The notes under the pieces are model-generated. The model was given only the letters and a program-made list of their open reading frames with translations. It did not search any database and was not told where the DNA came from. Positions 22,507 to 38,241 of a stretch of DNA of 64,000 nucleotides are shown one piece after another. The stretch is from contig CAXULY010000003.1 in NCBI GenBank assembly GCA_964252075.1, positions 145,469 to 209,468 of the forward strand. Direction: 5' to 3'. Source of the DNA: an uncultured Deinococcaceae bacterium. Lineage in GTDB: Bacteria > Deinococcota > Deinococci > Deinococcales > Deinococcaceae. Both the position numbers and the translations under genes were made by a program. Within the stretch, counting starts at the first letter, position 1; each line of letters begins with the position of its first letter.

Positions 22507-22763
22507 GGTGTTCTCCTTGGTGCCGTTCCGGATGAGGTATGAGGATGAGCCGGTCGGGCGGGGTAGGGCGGTGCAGTGGCACTGGGGGGTATGGGGGTCG
22601 CGCAACTGCTTGAAGCAAAGGTACGTGAGAACTCATGACAAAATTCTTACAGGGATGAGGCGTGAAGTTTCATACGCCAGGACAGGAAATATTAAATCTT
22701 GAAGGTGGAGCAGGATGCCCACACGAATGGGAAAGTAAAGGTTTGCTGATCTCCTGCCTTGAC

Positions 22764-22792
22764 TTGCTGCGCTCTTGTGGCGGTGCTAGACT
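22764..22792 (+). promoter_or_regulatory. Promoter of SRP RNA (TTGCTG-17-TAGACT)
   Basis: Correct spacing, 7 nt before the RNA 5' stem. Confidence 0.65.
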
Positions 22793-22799
22793 CGCCCCT

Positions 22800-22901
<102 letters not shown>

Positions 22902-22984
22902 TTTTTTGCTGCCTTGAGCGCGGGGCGCGCGTTTCAGCCACTCTGCCTACGTTTGAGCGCCCCATGCGTGCGATAATGCCGGGC

Positions 22985-23590
22985 ATGAGCGTGATTCCCT
23001 ACGTGATCGAGCAGACCGGCCGTGGCGAGCGGATGTACGACATCTACTCGCGGCTCCTGAAGGACCGGATCATTTTCCTGGGCACGCCGATCGACAGCAA
23101 CGTGGCGAACACCATCGTGGCGCAGTTGCTGCTGCTCGACAGCCAGAACCCCGAGCGCGAAATTCAGCTGTACATCAACTGCCCGGGTGGTGAGGTGTAC
23201 GCCGGGCTGGCCATCTACGACACCATGCAGTACATCAAGGCGCCCGTGTCGACCATCTGCGTGGGCATCGCCATGAGCATGGGCAGCGTGATCCTGATGG
23301 CGGGCGACCAAGGCAAGCGGTATGCGCTGCCGAACAGCCGCATCATGATTCACCAGGGCAGCGCAGGCTTCCGCGGCAACACCCCGGACCTGGAGGTGCA
23401 GGCGAAGGAGGTGCTGTACCTGCGTGACCGCATGGTGGAGATTTACAACAAGCACACGAATGTGCCGCAGGACAAGCTGCTGCGCGACATGGAGCGGGAC
23501 TACTTCATGGCGCCGACCGAGGCGCGGGAGTACGGCCTGATTGACGCGGTGATCGAGAGCACCCGTGAAGCGGAGTTGACGAATGGCTGA
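22985..23590 (+). CDS. clpP: ATP-dependent Clp protease proteolytic subunit
   Basis: [30 protein letters not shown]; catalytic AMSMG and IHQ. Confidence 0.97.
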   Translation: MSVIPYVIEQTGRGERMYDIYSRLLKDRIIFLGTPIDSNVANTIVAQLLLLDSQNPEREIQLYINCPGGEVYAGLAIYDTMQYIKAPVSTICVGIAMSMGSVILMAGDQGKRYALPNSRIMIHQGSAGFRGNTPDLEVQAKEVLYLRDRMVEIYNKHTNVPQDKLLRDMERDYFMAPTEAREYGLIDAVIESTREAELTNG

Positions 23591-24779
23591 CCGCTGCAGC
23601 TTTTGTGGACGCAGTTACCCCCAGATCGCGCAGCTGATCGAGGCGCCGAATCGTGCGGCGTTCATCTGCAATGAGTGCGCCGAGCGAGCGTTTGATCTGG
23701 TAAAGCAGAACAAGAAGGGCGGCACGGAGTTCAGCCTCGCGGAGCTGCCGAGCCCGCGCGAGATCAAGGCGTACCTGGACGATTACGTGATCGGGCAGGA
23801 CGAGGCGAAGAAGGCCCTGGCGGTGGCGGTCGTGAGTCACTACCAGCGCCTCGCGCACCCGGATGCGGGCCTCGGGAAGAGCAACATCCTCCTGATCGGG
23901 CCGACGGGGACGGGCAAGACGCTGCTCGCGCAGAGCCTCGCGGAGATGCTGGAGGTGCCCTTCGCCATTGCGGATGCCACGACACTCACGGAGGCCGGCT
24001 ACGTCGGTGACGACGTGGAGAACGTGATCGTGCGCCTGTTGCAGGCGGCGGATTACGACGTGGAGGCGGCGGAGCGCGGCATCATCTACATCGATGAGAT
24101 CGACAAGATCGCGCGGAAGTCCGAGGGGACCAGCATCACCCGGGATGTCTCGGGCGAGGGCGTGCAGCAGGCCCTGCTGAAGATCATTGAGGGGACGGTG
24201 TCGCAGGTGCCGCCGCAGGGTGGGCGCAAGCACCCGCAGCAGGAACTGGTGCAGGTGAACACCAAGAACATCCTGTTCATCGTGGGTGGCGCCTTCGATG
24301 GGCTGGAGGAGCTGGGCCGGGCGCGCACGAACGTGCGCTCGCTGGGCTTCGGGGCGGAGCACAAGGGCGAGGAGAAAACGGAGCTGCGCTTCATTCCGGA
24401 GGACCTCGTGCAGTTCGGTCTGATTCCAGAGTTCGTGGGGCGCCTGCCGTTGGTGGTGCAGTTGCAGGATCTGGATGAGGACGCGCTGGTGCGCATCCTG
24501 ACGGAGCCGCAGGGCGCGATCGCGGGGCAGTACCAGACGCTGTTTGGTTTCCAGGGTGTGGACCTGCAGTTCACGGAGGGTACTCTCCGTGAGGTGGCGC
24601 GTCGGGCGCAGGCGCGCGGTACAGGCGCGCGCGGTCTGCGGGCGGTGCTGGAGAAGGCCATGACGGACTTGCTGTTCGAGTTGCCTGCCGAGGGCATCAA
24701 GGAGTTGCGGTTCGAGCCGGAGCACCTGGACCAACCGATCAAGCTCCTTGAGTCTAAGGGACTCAAGAAGTCTGCTTAA
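23583..24779 (+). CDS. clpX: ATP-dependent Clp protease ATPase subunit
   Basis: CSFC..CNEC zinc finger, [22 protein letters not shown] loop. Confidence 0.97.
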   Translation: MADRCSFCGRSYPQIAQLIEAPNRAAFICNECAERAFDLVKQNKKGGTEFSLAELPSPREIKAYLDDYVIGQDEAKKALAVAVVSHYQRLAHPDAGLGKSNILLIGPTGTGKTLLAQSLAEMLEVPFAIADATTLTEAGYVGDDVENVIVRLLQAADYDVEAAERGIIYIDEIDKIARKSEGTSITRDVSGEGVQQALLKIIEGTVSQVPPQGGRKHPQQELVQVNTKNILFIVGGAFDGLEELGRARTNVRSLGFGAEHKGEEKTELRFIPEDLVQFGLIPEFVGRLPLVVQLQDLDEDALVRILTEPQGAIAGQYQTLFGFQGVDLQFTEGTLREVARRAQARGTGARGLRAVLEKAMTDLLFELPAEGIKELRFEPEHLDQPIKLLESKGLKKSA

Positions 24780-24795
24780 ACGAAACATCGGTTAC

Positions 24796-24850
24796 AGCCC
24801 CCGCCGACTGCCAGACCTACAATTGGGTCACGGTCGGTGGGGCTTTTTCT
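24796..24850 (+). terminator. Terminator after clpX
   Basis: agcccccgccgac / gtcggtggggct plus TTTTT. Confidence 0.7.
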
Positions 24851-24958
24851 CTCGTTTACTGTGTAGCCCTCCACCCTCACCGCCGGGTCAGAACGCGCTG
24901 GAATACGCTAGACTGATGTACTTCGGAATCCTCGCACCCCTGACCCAAAGGAGCCCGC

Positions 24959-27403
<2,445 letters not shown>

Positions 27404-27412
27404 AGCCCCCCC

Positions 27413-27455
27413 AACAGGAGGACCACCCGAGTTCGGGTGGTCCTCCTGTTTGTTT
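27413..27455 (+). terminator. Rho-independent terminator after lon
   Basis: aacaggaggaccacccga / tcgggtggtcctcctgtt plus T-rich tail. Confidence 0.88.
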
Positions 27456-27505
27456 AAGGTGGAAGGAAGGCGATCACACCGCCGGGTCAGCGCCCGTCCC
27501 GTCAA

Positions 27506-28327
27506 ATGAACGGTGTGACCGAGACGCCGCCGCTCCCCCAGGGACCGATCCTGCTGCTGGCCCCCCACCCCGACGACGAGGTGATCGGCGCGGGCGGCCT
27601 GCTGAGCGAGGCCCGCGCGCGGGGCACCGAGGTGTGGGTGGTCCTGGTGACGGCCGGGGACGCCTTTCCGTGGAGCCTCCCGCACCGCCTGCGCCACCCC
27701 TTCCACCGGCACCTCGCGCAATGCGCGCTGGGCGAGGACCGCCTCGCGGAAGCGCGGCGCTCCACCGCGCGCCTCGGGATTCCCGGGGACCACGTGCTGT
27801 TCCTGGGTTTCCCGGACCGCGGCCTCACGGCGCTCCTCGGGCCGAACGAGCGCGCGCCCTACACCAGCGGCGCGACGGGCGCGAGCGCCGTGCTGTACCC
27901 TGAGGCCCTGCAGCCTGGCCTGGCGTACACGGGGGAGGCGCTGCGGGCGCAGCTGCGCGCCCTGCTCGCGGACCTGAGGCCGCGCAGCGTGCTGGCGCCC
28001 GGTCCCCTCGACAGCCACGGCAACCACCGCGCGCTCGCGGCGCTCGCGCGCGAACTCGTGCGCCCGCCCGCGCGGCTGTACTACTACCCGGCGCACGGGA
28101 GCCTCACGTGGCCCTTCCCGAAAGGCGACCACGAGGACTGGCCGCTGGAACCGCCCCCCGGCTACGAACCCGGCGCCCACTGGCGGCACTACCCGCTGGA
28201 CGCCCGCGCGCGCGCCCGCAAGCGCGCGGCGCTGGAGGCGCACACCTCTCAGCTGCGCGTGATGGCCGTCACCCTGAAAGCCTACCTGCGCCGCGAGGAA
28301 CTGCTGCTGCCCGCCGGGGACGCGTGA
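27506..28327 (+). CDS. PIG-L/LmbE family de-N-acetylase
   Basis: APHPDDE, VTAGD, FLGFPD, DSHGNH, AHTSQ motifs. Confidence 0.9.
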   Translation: MNGVTETPPLPQGPILLLAPHPDDEVIGAGGLLSEARARGTEVWVVLVTAGDAFPWSLPHRLRHPFHRHLAQCALGEDRLAEARRSTARLGIPGDHVLFLGFPDRGLTALLGPNERAPYTSGATGASAVLYPEALQPGLAYTGEALRAQLRALLADLRPRSVLAPGPLDSHGNHRALAALARELVRPPARLYYYPAHGSLTWPFPKGDHEDWPLEPPPGYEPGAHWRHYPLDARARARKRAALEAHTSQLRVMAVTLKAYLRREELLLPAGDA

Positions 28328-28962
28328 GCGCCGTTCAGCTGCGGCCCGCGACCTTCACGGACTGGCCTGCGCTCGGTCGCATCGCGTACCAGACCGCGTA
28401 CTTCGGGGAGGGCGCTCCGCGCTTCTTCCCGGACGCGCGGCTCTTCGAGGACCTGTGGACGTACCCGTACCGCCTCACCCCGCACGACGCCTTCGTGGCC
28501 GAGCAGGCGGGCGAGGTGACGGGCAGCATCATCGGGGCGCCCGACCAGCGCGCCTACGCGCGCGCCGTGACCGCCACCCTGCTCGCTCGGGTAATGCCGA
28601 AGCTCCTGACCGGACGCTACGTGCAGCCCTTCTCGGCCCTCCCCTACCTGTCGCGCCTGCAACGCAACCCCGCGCCGCACGCGGACTGGGCGCGCTACCC
28701 CGCGCACCTGCACGTGAACCTGCTGCCGCCGACGCGCGGCGCGGGCGTCGGCGGTCAGCTGCTCGACGCCTACCTGGGCGCGCTGGTGCGCCGGGGCGTG
28801 CCGGGCGTGCAGCTCAGCACCACCCTGGAGAACGCGGCGGCCCTGCGGCTGTACGCGCGCGCGGGCTTCACGGTGCACGACCAGCGCAGCACGGACCTGT
28901 GGACGCCGTGGCTGGGGCGCCCCACCGTGCTGGTCGTGATGGTGAAGGCCCTGCCTGGCTGA
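28324..28962 (+). CDS. GNAT acetyltransferase (YPAHLH subtype)
   Basis: YPAHLHVNLLP..RGAGVG...NAAALRLYARAGF; GTGA overlap with the PIG-L gene. Confidence 0.88.
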   Translation: MSAVQLRPATFTDWPALGRIAYQTAYFGEGAPRFFPDARLFEDLWTYPYRLTPHDAFVAEQAGEVTGSIIGAPDQRAYARAVTATLLARVMPKLLTGRYVQPFSALPYLSRLQRNPAPHADWARYPAHLHVNLLPPTRGAGVGGQLLDAYLGALVRRGVPGVQLSTTLENAAALRLYARAGFTVHDQRSTDLWTPWLGRPTVLVVMVKALPG

Positions 28963-28969
28963 GGCCCGC

Positions 28970-30247
28970 TCAGTCGTCCGACTGGTCGTCCGGCACGCTG
29001 GGCGGTTGAATGGGGTCGTAGCCCGGTGCAGGCGCCACCGGGTCTGCAGCGGGCGTGCTGGACGTGCCGACCGCTGGGGTCACGGGAGTGGGCGCGGTGG
29101 GGCCGGGGGCCGGGGCGTCCGTCACCTGATCGGCCGCCGGGCCCGCGCCGGACGTGCCCGGCGTGGCGCTGGTGCCGGGCGTGCCGTCGTCGAAGCGTCC
29201 GGAGATGCCGCCCTTGTCGTCCTCCACGACGGCCTCCCCGGTGTTCAGGAAGTACCGGATGGTCTGCGCGCGCAGCACCTCGGTCGGCGTCTGCGTCTGC
29301 GCGGGCGCGCCGTCGCTGCCGTACAGGATGGCGGTGTTCGCGGTGTCGTCGTAATCCACGCGGTCGGCGGTGCTCGTGCGGTTGCCCTGCTTCAGGCTCA
29401 CCTTGCCGACCAGCGTGGTCTTCTCGTCGTCCACGCTCACCTCGATGCGCTCGGCGCTGCCGTTCACGGGGTCACCGCCGTCCTGCGCGCGGTTGAAGGT
29501 CACGGGACCGTCCACGCGCGCGACGCCGTCCTTCTCGTCGTACACCACCTTGGCGCCCTTCAGGTGCGTCTTGCCCTGCGTGACGAGCACGGTGTCCGGC
29601 TGCACCTTGCTGGCGGTCTGTACGCCGCAGCGCGCGAGGCGCTCCTTGGCGTTCGCGTCGATCTGGTCGTCCGGCAGGTAACGGGCGTCGCCCGTCATCA
29701 TCTCGATGTGCCCGTCACCGCCCGGCTGCTTGGTGATCAGGGCGAGCGGCGCCTGAATGAGGTTCTTGTCCACCGTGACCTGCACGCCGCCCCTGCCGGT
29801 GTCGGAGGCGACGAACTCGGTGGGGGTGGAGTCGGGCTCGTCGTCCTGCGGGGCGCAGATCGCGAAGATGCCGGTGGCGTCGTCACTGCTGGTCTTCACG
29901 ACCGTGAGGCGGCGCTCCTTGCCGTCCTTGCCCTTGCGCGTCAGTTCCACGGAACCGCCGCCCGCGTCCGGGTCCACGGGCGCGGCCTGCTCGCTGGGCG
30001 CGGTGAAGGCCGACCCCACATCGGACGCGCCCGTCACGGACGTGCCTGCCGTGGAGGTCGCATCGCCGGACGTGGCCGGCGATGCGTCCGGTGAGGGCAG
30101 GCTGGAGTCGCCCGTGGTGGGCGCGCCGTCCGGGCTGGCGGGGGTCTCCACGGCGGGCGGGGTGGGCGGCGGGTCCTGGGCGACCGCCGCGCCGAGCAGC
30201 AGGGCGCCCAGCAGCAGGAGGGAGCGGCCCAGGTTCACGCCCTTCAC
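28970..30247 (-). CDS. LptA/OstA-like beta-jellyroll protein with disordered Pro/Thr/Ala tails (start may be GTG 30238)
   Basis: Signal peptide; repeated V..TQG...L.G..VVYD and V.L.QG.RTSTAD.VDYDD beta units. Confidence 0.75.
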   Translation of the reverse strand: MKGVNLGRSLLLLGALLLGAAVAQDPPPTPPAVETPASPDGAPTTGDSSLPSPDASPATSGDATSTAGTSVTGASDVGSAFTAPSEQAAPVDPDAGGGSVELTRKGKDGKERRLTVVKTSSDDATGIFAICAPQDDEPDSTPTEFVASDTGRGGVQVTVDKNLIQAPLALITKQPGGDGHIEMMTGDARYLPDDQIDANAKERLARCGVQTASKVQPDTVLVTQGKTHLKGAKVVYDEKDGVARVDGPVTFNRAQDGGDPVNGSAERIEVSVDDEKTTLVGKVSLKQGNRTSTADRVDYDDTANTAILYGSDGAPAQTQTPTEVLRAQTIRYFLNTGEAVVEDDKGGISGRFDDGTPGTSATPGTSGAGPAADQVTDAPAPGPTAPTPVTPAVGTSSTPAADPVAPAPGYDPIQPPSVPDDQSDD

Positions 30248-30298
30248 GCTAGCGTCCCCGCATGTGCCGCGCGCCTCAAATCTGGTGCTCCCTCAGGC

Positions 30299-31201
30299 TC
30301 ACTTCTCGCCGGCCAGCTTGAACTGGTTCAGGTCCACGCTGGGCGCGGTGCTCAGCACGCGCACGCGCGCGAGGTCGGTGCGCTGCTCCAGCACCTTGCC
30401 GCGCAGGGTGGTCTTGTTCTTGGCGTCCACGCTCACGGCGTTCCCGATCACGTACGCGAGGTTCTTCTTGTCGTCGTAGTACATGCTGTCGCCCGTGGTG
30501 GTCACGTCGCCCTGCACCAGCTTGATCTTGTTCTTCACGTAGATCAGCTTGCTCTTGGTGAGGATGCGCGCCTCGTCGCCCGCCATGTTGATTTCCTTCT
30601 GCTTGCCGTTCGCGGCGCGGTTCAGGGTGACGCTGCCCGTCAGGACGCCCAGCTCGCGCTTCTCGTCGAACACCAGGCGGCTGCTGGCACCGCTCTGCGT
30701 GCCGCTCTGCAGTTTCACGCTGCCGGTGGAGTCACTCATGTTGGTGTCCACGTCGAGGCTCATCTGCTGCGCCGTGATGTTCACGGGGTCGTCGCCCTGC
30801 TTCTCCGGCGCGAAGACCGCGGAGGGGCTGCCCTTCAGGACGCCCTGGCCGCTCGCCTCGCTGTAGTCCAGGGTGGCGCCCTTCGCGGTGAGGCGACCGC
30901 GCGTGACGCCCACGCCGCCCGAGAAGTTCGCGCTGCGCTTGCCTTCAGCCGCGGCGATGGTCTGCCCCGCCGGGCCGGACAGCACCGCCTTGGGCGCGCT
31001 GATGGCGATGGTGCCGACCGTGGCGCGCACGGGCTGCCCGCCCACGCCCGCGTAGTTGTACGGGCCGTTGCGGAGGTCGCCGGACACCTGCGCTTTGGTG
31101 TCGAACTTCAGGATGCGGCTGGCGGCCTGCTGCGCGAGCACGCTGCCCGCCGTGACGGCGAGGGTCAGCAGGGCCAGACGCTTGAGGGGGGTGTGCTTCA
31201 T
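30299..31201 (-). CDS. LptA/OstA family protein
   Basis: Signal peptide; three repeats of the F/V.G.V...G.LT..G..L.Y pattern. Confidence 0.8.
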   Translation of the reverse strand: MKHTPLKRLALLTLAVTAGSVLAQQAASRILKFDTKAQVSGDLRNGPYNYAGVGGQPVRATVGTIAISAPKAVLSGPAGQTIAAAEGKRSANFSGGVGVTRGRLTAKGATLDYSEASGQGVLKGSPSAVFAPEKQGDDPVNITAQQMSLDVDTNMSDSTGSVKLQSGTQSGASSRLVFDEKRELGVLTGSVTLNRAANGKQKEINMAGDEARILTKSKLIYVKNKIKLVQGDVTTTGDSMYYDDKKNLAYVIGNAVSVDAKNKTTLRGKVLEQRTDLARVRVLSTAPSVDLNQFKLAGEK

Positions 31202-31204
31202 GAC

Positions 31205-31819
31205 TTACCTCCGGGTTCGGGGAATGATCTGTCCGGACACGCACTCCACGTCCGGTGAGGGGTTCACGGTGGCGCCCGGTTCCTGCACCAAGTTCGAGCG
31301 TGACAGGTCGAAACTCACGTTCACGCTGGAGAACTGGCCGTTGTAGGCGGGCGAGTGGATGTCCGCAGCGGGGGCGCTGATGCCCTGGTTCTGGTCAATC
31401 AGCACCTGCTGCGCGGGGTTCGAGCGCAGGTCCAGGGACCAGCAGTCGCGCGGCAGGTAGATGTTCGCTTCCTTCGTGCGGATGTTGTCGTTCGCGTCGA
31501 TGGTGAGTTGCTGCGTGCGGAGGGTCAGGTCGAGGCCCAGGGGTTGCGCGGGGTGCTGCGCGTCCACGGGGGGGCGCGCCCAGCGCTCGCCGCGCTCCAG
31601 ACCCGTGATGGTCGCCTCCTCCTTCACGGGGTCGAAGGCGAGGTCCGGGGCCTGGAAGCGCCACTCGGCGTTCGGGTCCTGTGCGGGGTACAGGCGCAGG
31701 CTCACGCCGCGCAGGCGTACGCCCGTGCGGTCCTGCGGGCGGGTGGTGCCAGGCAGCAGCGCGAACACCAGTCCGAACAGCACGATGGCGACCAGCGCGG
31801 CCGCGCTCCACTTCAGCAC
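31205..31819 (-). CDS. LptC-like protein
   Basis: N-terminal TM anchor then beta-rich domain (EWRFQAPDL.FD); first gene before two lptA-like genes. Confidence 0.6.
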   Translation of the reverse strand: MLKWSAAALVAIVLFGLVFALLPGTTRPQDRTGVRLRGVSLRLYPAQDPNAEWRFQAPDLAFDPVKEEATITGLERGERWARPPVDAQHPAQPLGLDLTLRTQQLTIDANDNIRTKEANIYLPRDCWSLDLRSNPAQQVLIDQNQGISAPAADIHSPAYNGQFSSVNVSFDLSRSNLVQEPGATVNPSPDVECVSGQIIPRTRR

Positions 31820-32046
31820 GCGCGCGTCCGTTGATTGACGGGGGTGGGCCGTGCGCCCTCACCCGAGCAGCGGGGTTTCGCGACCAGACTGTCCTTCAGC
31901 ACGCGCACCATGATAGCGGGGGCGTTTCATGAGAGTGCTGACGATCCGCTGGCGCGGCGCGCCCGGAACTCACGTCGCCGTCAGCTTGAGCCTGGCGCGG
32001 CCCGGCCTCCACAATTCCGCGCGCCCGGAGCCTCTACCCTCGGGGC

Positions 32047-32844
32047 ATGATCGACACGCACTGCCACCTCGATTACCTCGATGACCCCGCGTCCGCGCTG
32101 GGCGAGCTGGGCCTCAGCGCGCTGGTGTGCATCGGCGCGGACCCGGACCACGCGCAGGCGGCGCTGCGCCTCGCCGAGGCCCTCCCGGAGGTGTACGCGA
32201 CCGTGGGCCTGCACCCCACGGAGGCGCAGCGGGACAGCGCGGCGGTGCGCGCGGAGCTGGAGGCGATGGCGCGGCACCCGAAGGTGGTGGGCGTCGGGGA
32301 GAGCGGCCTGGACGATTACTGGGACGCCACGCGCCGCCCCGCGCAGCTCGCCGCCTTCGAGTGGCAGGTGGACCTCGCGCGGCGCCTGCACAAGCCCATC
32401 GTGGTGCACACACGGGACGCCGCGCACGAGGAGGGTGCCAGCGTGGGGTGCGCGGACGTGATCCGCGCGGGCGGCTGGCCGCGCGGCATCCTGCACTGCT
32501 GCAACGGCCACACGGGCCTGCTGGAGGCCGCGCTGGAGGCGGGCTTCTTCGTGAGTTTCGCAGGGAACCTCACGTACAAGAGCGCGCACGCCATTCAGGC
32601 GGCGGCGCGCGTGGTGCCCGCCGAGCGCCTGCTGGTCGAGACGGACGCGCCCTTCCTGGCGCCCGTGCCGCTGCGCGGCAAGCCGAACCGCCCCGGTTAC
32701 GTGCGCCACACCCTGCGCTTCTTGGCGGACCTGCGCGGCGTGCCGGAGGCGGATATGGAGGCCGTCACGGACGCGAACGCGCGCGCCGTCTACGGGCTGC
32801 CGTCGTCCGTGGGGGTGCCCTCCGGCCCCTCGACGTCCGCCTGA
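32047..32844 (+). CDS. tatD: TatD family deoxyribonuclease
   Basis: [38 protein letters not shown]. Confidence 0.95.
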   Translation: MIDTHCHLDYLDDPASALGELGLSALVCIGADPDHAQAALRLAEALPEVYATVGLHPTEAQRDSAAVRAELEAMARHPKVVGVGESGLDDYWDATRRPAQLAAFEWQVDLARRLHKPIVVHTRDAAHEEGASVGCADVIRAGGWPRGILHCCNGHTGLLEAALEAGFFVSFAGNLTYKSAHAIQAAARVVPAERLLVETDAPFLAPVPLRGKPNRPGYVRHTLRFLADLRGVPEADMEAVTDANARAVYGLPSSVGVPSGPSTSA

Positions 32845-33422
32845 CCGCGCGTGGCGTCCCGCAGGGCCGCGCGGAAGGCGGGGAGGTCCTCGGGGAACAG
32901 CGAGACGGGCAGCGTGAGGCCCGACTCGCTGTAGGCTTCCGCGCCGCGCTCCGCCTCGAAGCCCTCCAGCGCGCGGTACAGAGCGCTGGCGTGCGCGAAC
33001 GGCGCCCGCGCGGTGACCGTCACGCGCGGGCGCACCAGCAGGCGATCAGCCACGCGCAGGCACTCGGCGGTCACTCCGCCGTAGGCGCGCACCAGCCCCC
33101 CGGTGCCGAGCTTCGTGCCGCCGTAGTGGCGCACCACCACCGCCATCACGTGGTCGAGGCCCTGGCCCTCGATGGCGCGCAGGATGGGCGCGCCCGCCGT
33201 GCCGCCCGGCTCGCCGTCGTCGTTGAAACGGTACAGGCCCCCGATGCGGTACGCCCAGCAGTGGTGCGTGGCGTCCGGGTGCCGGGCCCGCACCGCCGCG
33301 AGCTGCGCGAGGGCCGCCTCGGGCGTGTCCGCGCGGTCCGTGAACGCCAGGAAGTCGCTCCCGCCGATCACCTCGGCGCGCTCGGCTGGCTGCGCGAGCG
33401 TCGTGAAGGGCGCGGCGCTCAA
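32790..33422 (-). CDS. YigZ/IMPACT family protein
   Basis: [37 protein letters not shown]. Confidence 0.95.
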   Translation of the reverse strand: MSAAPFTTLAQPAERAEVIGGSDFLAFTDRADTPEAALAQLAAVRARHPDATHHCWAYRIGGLYRFNDDGEPGGTAGAPILRAIEGQGLDHVMAVVVRHYGGTKLGTGGLVRAYGGVTAECLRVADRLLVRPRVTVTARAPFAHASALYRALEGFEAERGAEAYSESGLTLPVSLFPEDLPAFRAALRDATRGQADVEGPEGTPTDDGSP

Positions 33423-34009
33423 GCGGGCAGCAGACCCCGGCGCACCAGTTCCGCGCGCGCGTGGAACAGGGTGACGCTGCTGGGCGCGTCCGGGAACTCA
33501 CCCGCCTCCAGGCGCCGGTACGCCTCCGCGAGCGGCACCACCTCCCGCTCGATCAGTTCGCTGGATTCCGGCGCGGCCTCCCCGAACTCCACGCCGAGCG
33601 CCAGCAGCGGGAAGAACACCACGCCCGAGATGCTGGGCTGCGGGTAGAAGCCCGGCAGCGCCACCCACTCGCGCGCCACGCCGCCCACCTCCTCGGCGAG
33701 TTCACGCACGGCCGCCGCGAGCGGTTCCTCGCCGCGCTCGATGCCGCCCGCCACGACCTCCAGGATGGTGGCGCGCAGCGGGTAGCGGTACTGCCGGATG
33801 AGCGCCACGCGCCCGTCGTCCGTGACGGGCAGCACGTACACGGCGCGCGGCCCGCGCGGGCGGTAGGTGTACTCCAGTTCCGCGCCCGCGTGCGTGCGCA
33901 CGCGGTCAACCAGCACGCTGCGGGGCGGCGGCACCGCCTCGCGCGACTGAAGCGTCTGCCAGGGCTGCTCGGGGTCGGGCACCAGGGTGTCCCAGTTGCG
34001 GTGGCGCAT
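33419..34009 (-). CDS. NUDIX hydrolase (ADP-ribose pyrophosphatase-like)
   Basis: [32 protein letters not shown]udix box; TAGCCT 5 nt before ATG. Confidence 0.92.
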   Translation of the reverse strand: MRHRNWDTLVPDPEQPWQTLQSREAVPPPRSVLVDRVRTHAGAELEYTYRPRGPRAVYVLPVTDDGRVALIRQYRYPLRATILEVVAGGIERGEEPLAAAVRELAEEVGGVAREWVALPGFYPQPSISGVVFFPLLALGVEFGEAAPESSELIEREVVPLAEAYRRLEAGEFPDAPSSVTLFHARAELVRRGLLPA

Positions 34010-34072
34010 GCCCCAGGCTACCGCAGGGCTCACCCCCGCGCGCCGGGCATTGTGTACAGTGGCCCCAGCGCC

Positions 34073-35743
34073 ATGCACCGTCACCTACTGCTCTCAGCGC
34101 TGCTCGGACTGCTCGCTGGTGGGGCCGCGTTCGCTCAGGACGCGACCTCCCCGGTGACTTCCAGCAGTCCGGCCATCAGCCCCGTGCCCGCCGCTCCCTC
34201 CTCGCCCGGCAGCGCCCCCGCCCGCTCGGCGCTGCCCGCCCCGCGCTTCTCCAGCGCGGACGGCGTGAGCCGCAGCGTGCTGGACCTCCCGCCCGGCGCG
34301 ACGTACACCCTGACCCCCACCTTCACGGGCCTGCGCGTGGACGTGCAGAACGTGCAGGGCGCGGCGGGCGGCGGCGAGCGTCCCACCCCGCAGCTGAGTG
34401 GGTGGCGCACCGTTCCCACCGGGGCGGGCGCGACCGTGACGCTCCTCACGCCCTACCCGCTGGGCCTGAGTTCCGGCTGGCACGCCTTCGAGCTGCCTGC
34501 CACGAGCGGCGACGGGCACCGCCTCGTCGTGGATTTTGGCGCGACGCTGGAGGGCGGCGCGGAGCAGGGCCTGCAGGACCACCTGCAGGTCGTCGCGGCG
34601 GCCGACCCGACCGCCGCGGTGAGCGCCACAAGCGTGGCGGACGTCCCCGCGGCGCCCGCCCCACCTGCCGTGAGCGCGCAGTCCATCACGCCCGTGGCGT
34701 CCCCCCCGCCCCTCGCCGCAGCGCCCACCGCCAGCGGCCCGGTGGGGACGCTCGGGGCCCCGCGCATCGGGAAGAACCCGGGCTTCACGCGCGTGGTGCT
34801 GGACCTCCCGCCCGGCGCGACCTACGCCGCGACGGCCAGCCCCGGTGGGCTGATCGTGCTGCTGCGCGGCGTGCAGGTGAGCGCGGACGGCGCGTCGCGC
34901 GTCACGGGCGAGCTGAGCGAGTGGCGGTACGCGCCCGCTGCGGGCGGCGCGTCCCTCACGCTGCGCACGCCATTCCCGCTGGGCGCCGCGTCCGGCTGGC
35001 GCGGCCAGCTGCTCGCGCCCGCGGCGGGCAGCACGCGCCCGCGCCTCGTGATTGACCTGTCGCCCGCCTACGCGGACCTCACGCCGCTCCCCGCCAGCCA
35101 GCGCGCGCTGGCGCCCATCCCGCCGCGCGCGACCGTGCAGCGCGCCAGCCTGGGGAGCGCGGGCGCGACCGCCACGCCCGTGCCGCAGCGCGTGGTGCTG
35201 GACGCCGGGCACGGCGGCGTGGACCCCGGCGCGGTGGGCGCCGCGACCGAGAAGGCCGTGACGCTCGCCATCGCGCTGCGCGTGCGGGACCTGCTGCGCG
35301 CCGCGGGCGCGGAGGTCGTGATGACGCGCACCACCGACACGGACCTCAGCGACGACAAGGACACCGACCTGCGCATGCGCGCCGCGCTCGGCGCGCCGCC
35401 CGCCGCGCTCTTCGTGAGCATCCACGTGAACAGCATGGAGAAGGGCTCGGAGCTGCGCGGGTACGGCGTGGAGACGTGGTGGTACAAGAACAACCCTGGC
35501 AGTCAGGCGCTCGCCAGCCACCTGCAGCAGGACGTGGTGGGCGCCACCGGGAACTACTCGCGGGGCCTGCAGACGGGCCGCGCCCTCGCGGTGCTGCGCT
35601 ACTCGAAGGTGCCCGCCGCGCTGGTGGAGGTGGGCTTCACGAGCCACCCGGTGGACGGCCAGAACCTGCTGAACAACAATTACCTGGACCGGGTGGCGTT
35701 CGGCATCGCGCAGGGCATCCGGGACAGCCTGCCCGCACAGTAG
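34073..35743 (+). CDS. N-acetylmuramoyl-L-alanine amidase (Amidase_3) with two AMIN-like domains
   Basis: [29 protein letters not shown]; duplicated [11 protein letters not shown]...RLV.D units. Confidence 0.92.
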   Translation: MHRHLLLSALLGLLAGGAAFAQDATSPVTSSSPAISPVPAAPSSPGSAPARSALPAPRFSSADGVSRSVLDLPPGATYTLTPTFTGLRVDVQNVQGAAGGGERPTPQLSGWRTVPTGAGATVTLLTPYPLGLSSGWHAFELPATSGDGHRLVVDFGATLEGGAEQGLQDHLQVVAAADPTAAVSATSVADVPAAPAPPAVSAQSITPVASPPPLAAAPTASGPVGTLGAPRIGKNPGFTRVVLDLPPGATYAATASPGGLIVLLRGVQVSADGASRVTGELSEWRYAPAAGGASLTLRTPFPLGAASGWRGQLLAPAAGSTRPRLVIDLSPAYADLTPLPASQRALAPIPPRATVQRASLGSAGATATPVPQRVVLDAGHGGVDPGAVGAATEKAVTLAIALRVRDLLRAAGAEVVMTRTTDTDLSDDKDTDLRMRAALGAPPAALFVSIHVNSMEKGSELRGYGVETWWYKNNPGSQALASHLQQDVVGATGNYSRGLQTGRALAVLRYSKVPAALVEVGFTSHPVDGQNLLNNNYLDRVAFGIAQGIRDSLPAQ

Positions 35744-35808
35744 GACTGCATGAAACCTTCCTTAAATCCCAGTCAAGCCGGGGGCGGCGTGTTTACACTG
35801 GGGCAGCA

Positions 35809-36054
35809 ATGAACAGGCCCCCCACCGACATCGTCGCCCTGCGCGTCACCCACTGCCGCGCCGAGCGGGCCGCCCAGGGTGGCCAGTACCACGTGGCCGT
35901 CCTGCACTACCGCGATTGCCTGGAGGCCGCCGAGCGCCGCGAGGACTGCCAGGCCGTGCGCTTCTTCGCGCTGAGGCTGGGTGAGTGCTACGCCCAGATG
36001 GGCTTCGCGGACAAAGCCGCGCAGTTCCGGTCGCTGGCCTGCGTGGAAGCCTGA
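35809..36054 (+). CDS. Small helical TPR-like hypothetical protein
   Basis: 81 aa, helical A/L pattern (LGECYAQMG); TACACT -10 upstream. Confidence 0.65.
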   Translation: MNRPPTDIVALRVTHCRAERAAQGGQYHVAVLHYRDCLEAAERREDCQAVRFFALRLGECYAQMGFADKAAQFRSLACVEA

Positions 36055-36161
36055 CCCACCCCACCGGCGGTGCGGGTCTCGGGTGCTCCCCTGTGTGAGC
36101 ACCCGTCTGCTGTGGCCTGACCCCTGGCCGCGCCTCACCTCCCGGGGGTAGGCTGGCGGGC

Positions 36162-38201
<2,040 letters not shown>

Positions 38202-38241
38202 GGAGGCAAGAGGAGCGGGGCGGCCCGGTGGCCGCCCCGCC

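Noticed and set aside
34277..34821. Repeated gtgctggacctcccgcccggcgcgac as a mobile or CRISPR-like repeat
   Set aside because: Only two in-frame copies, explained by duplicated AMIN-like domains
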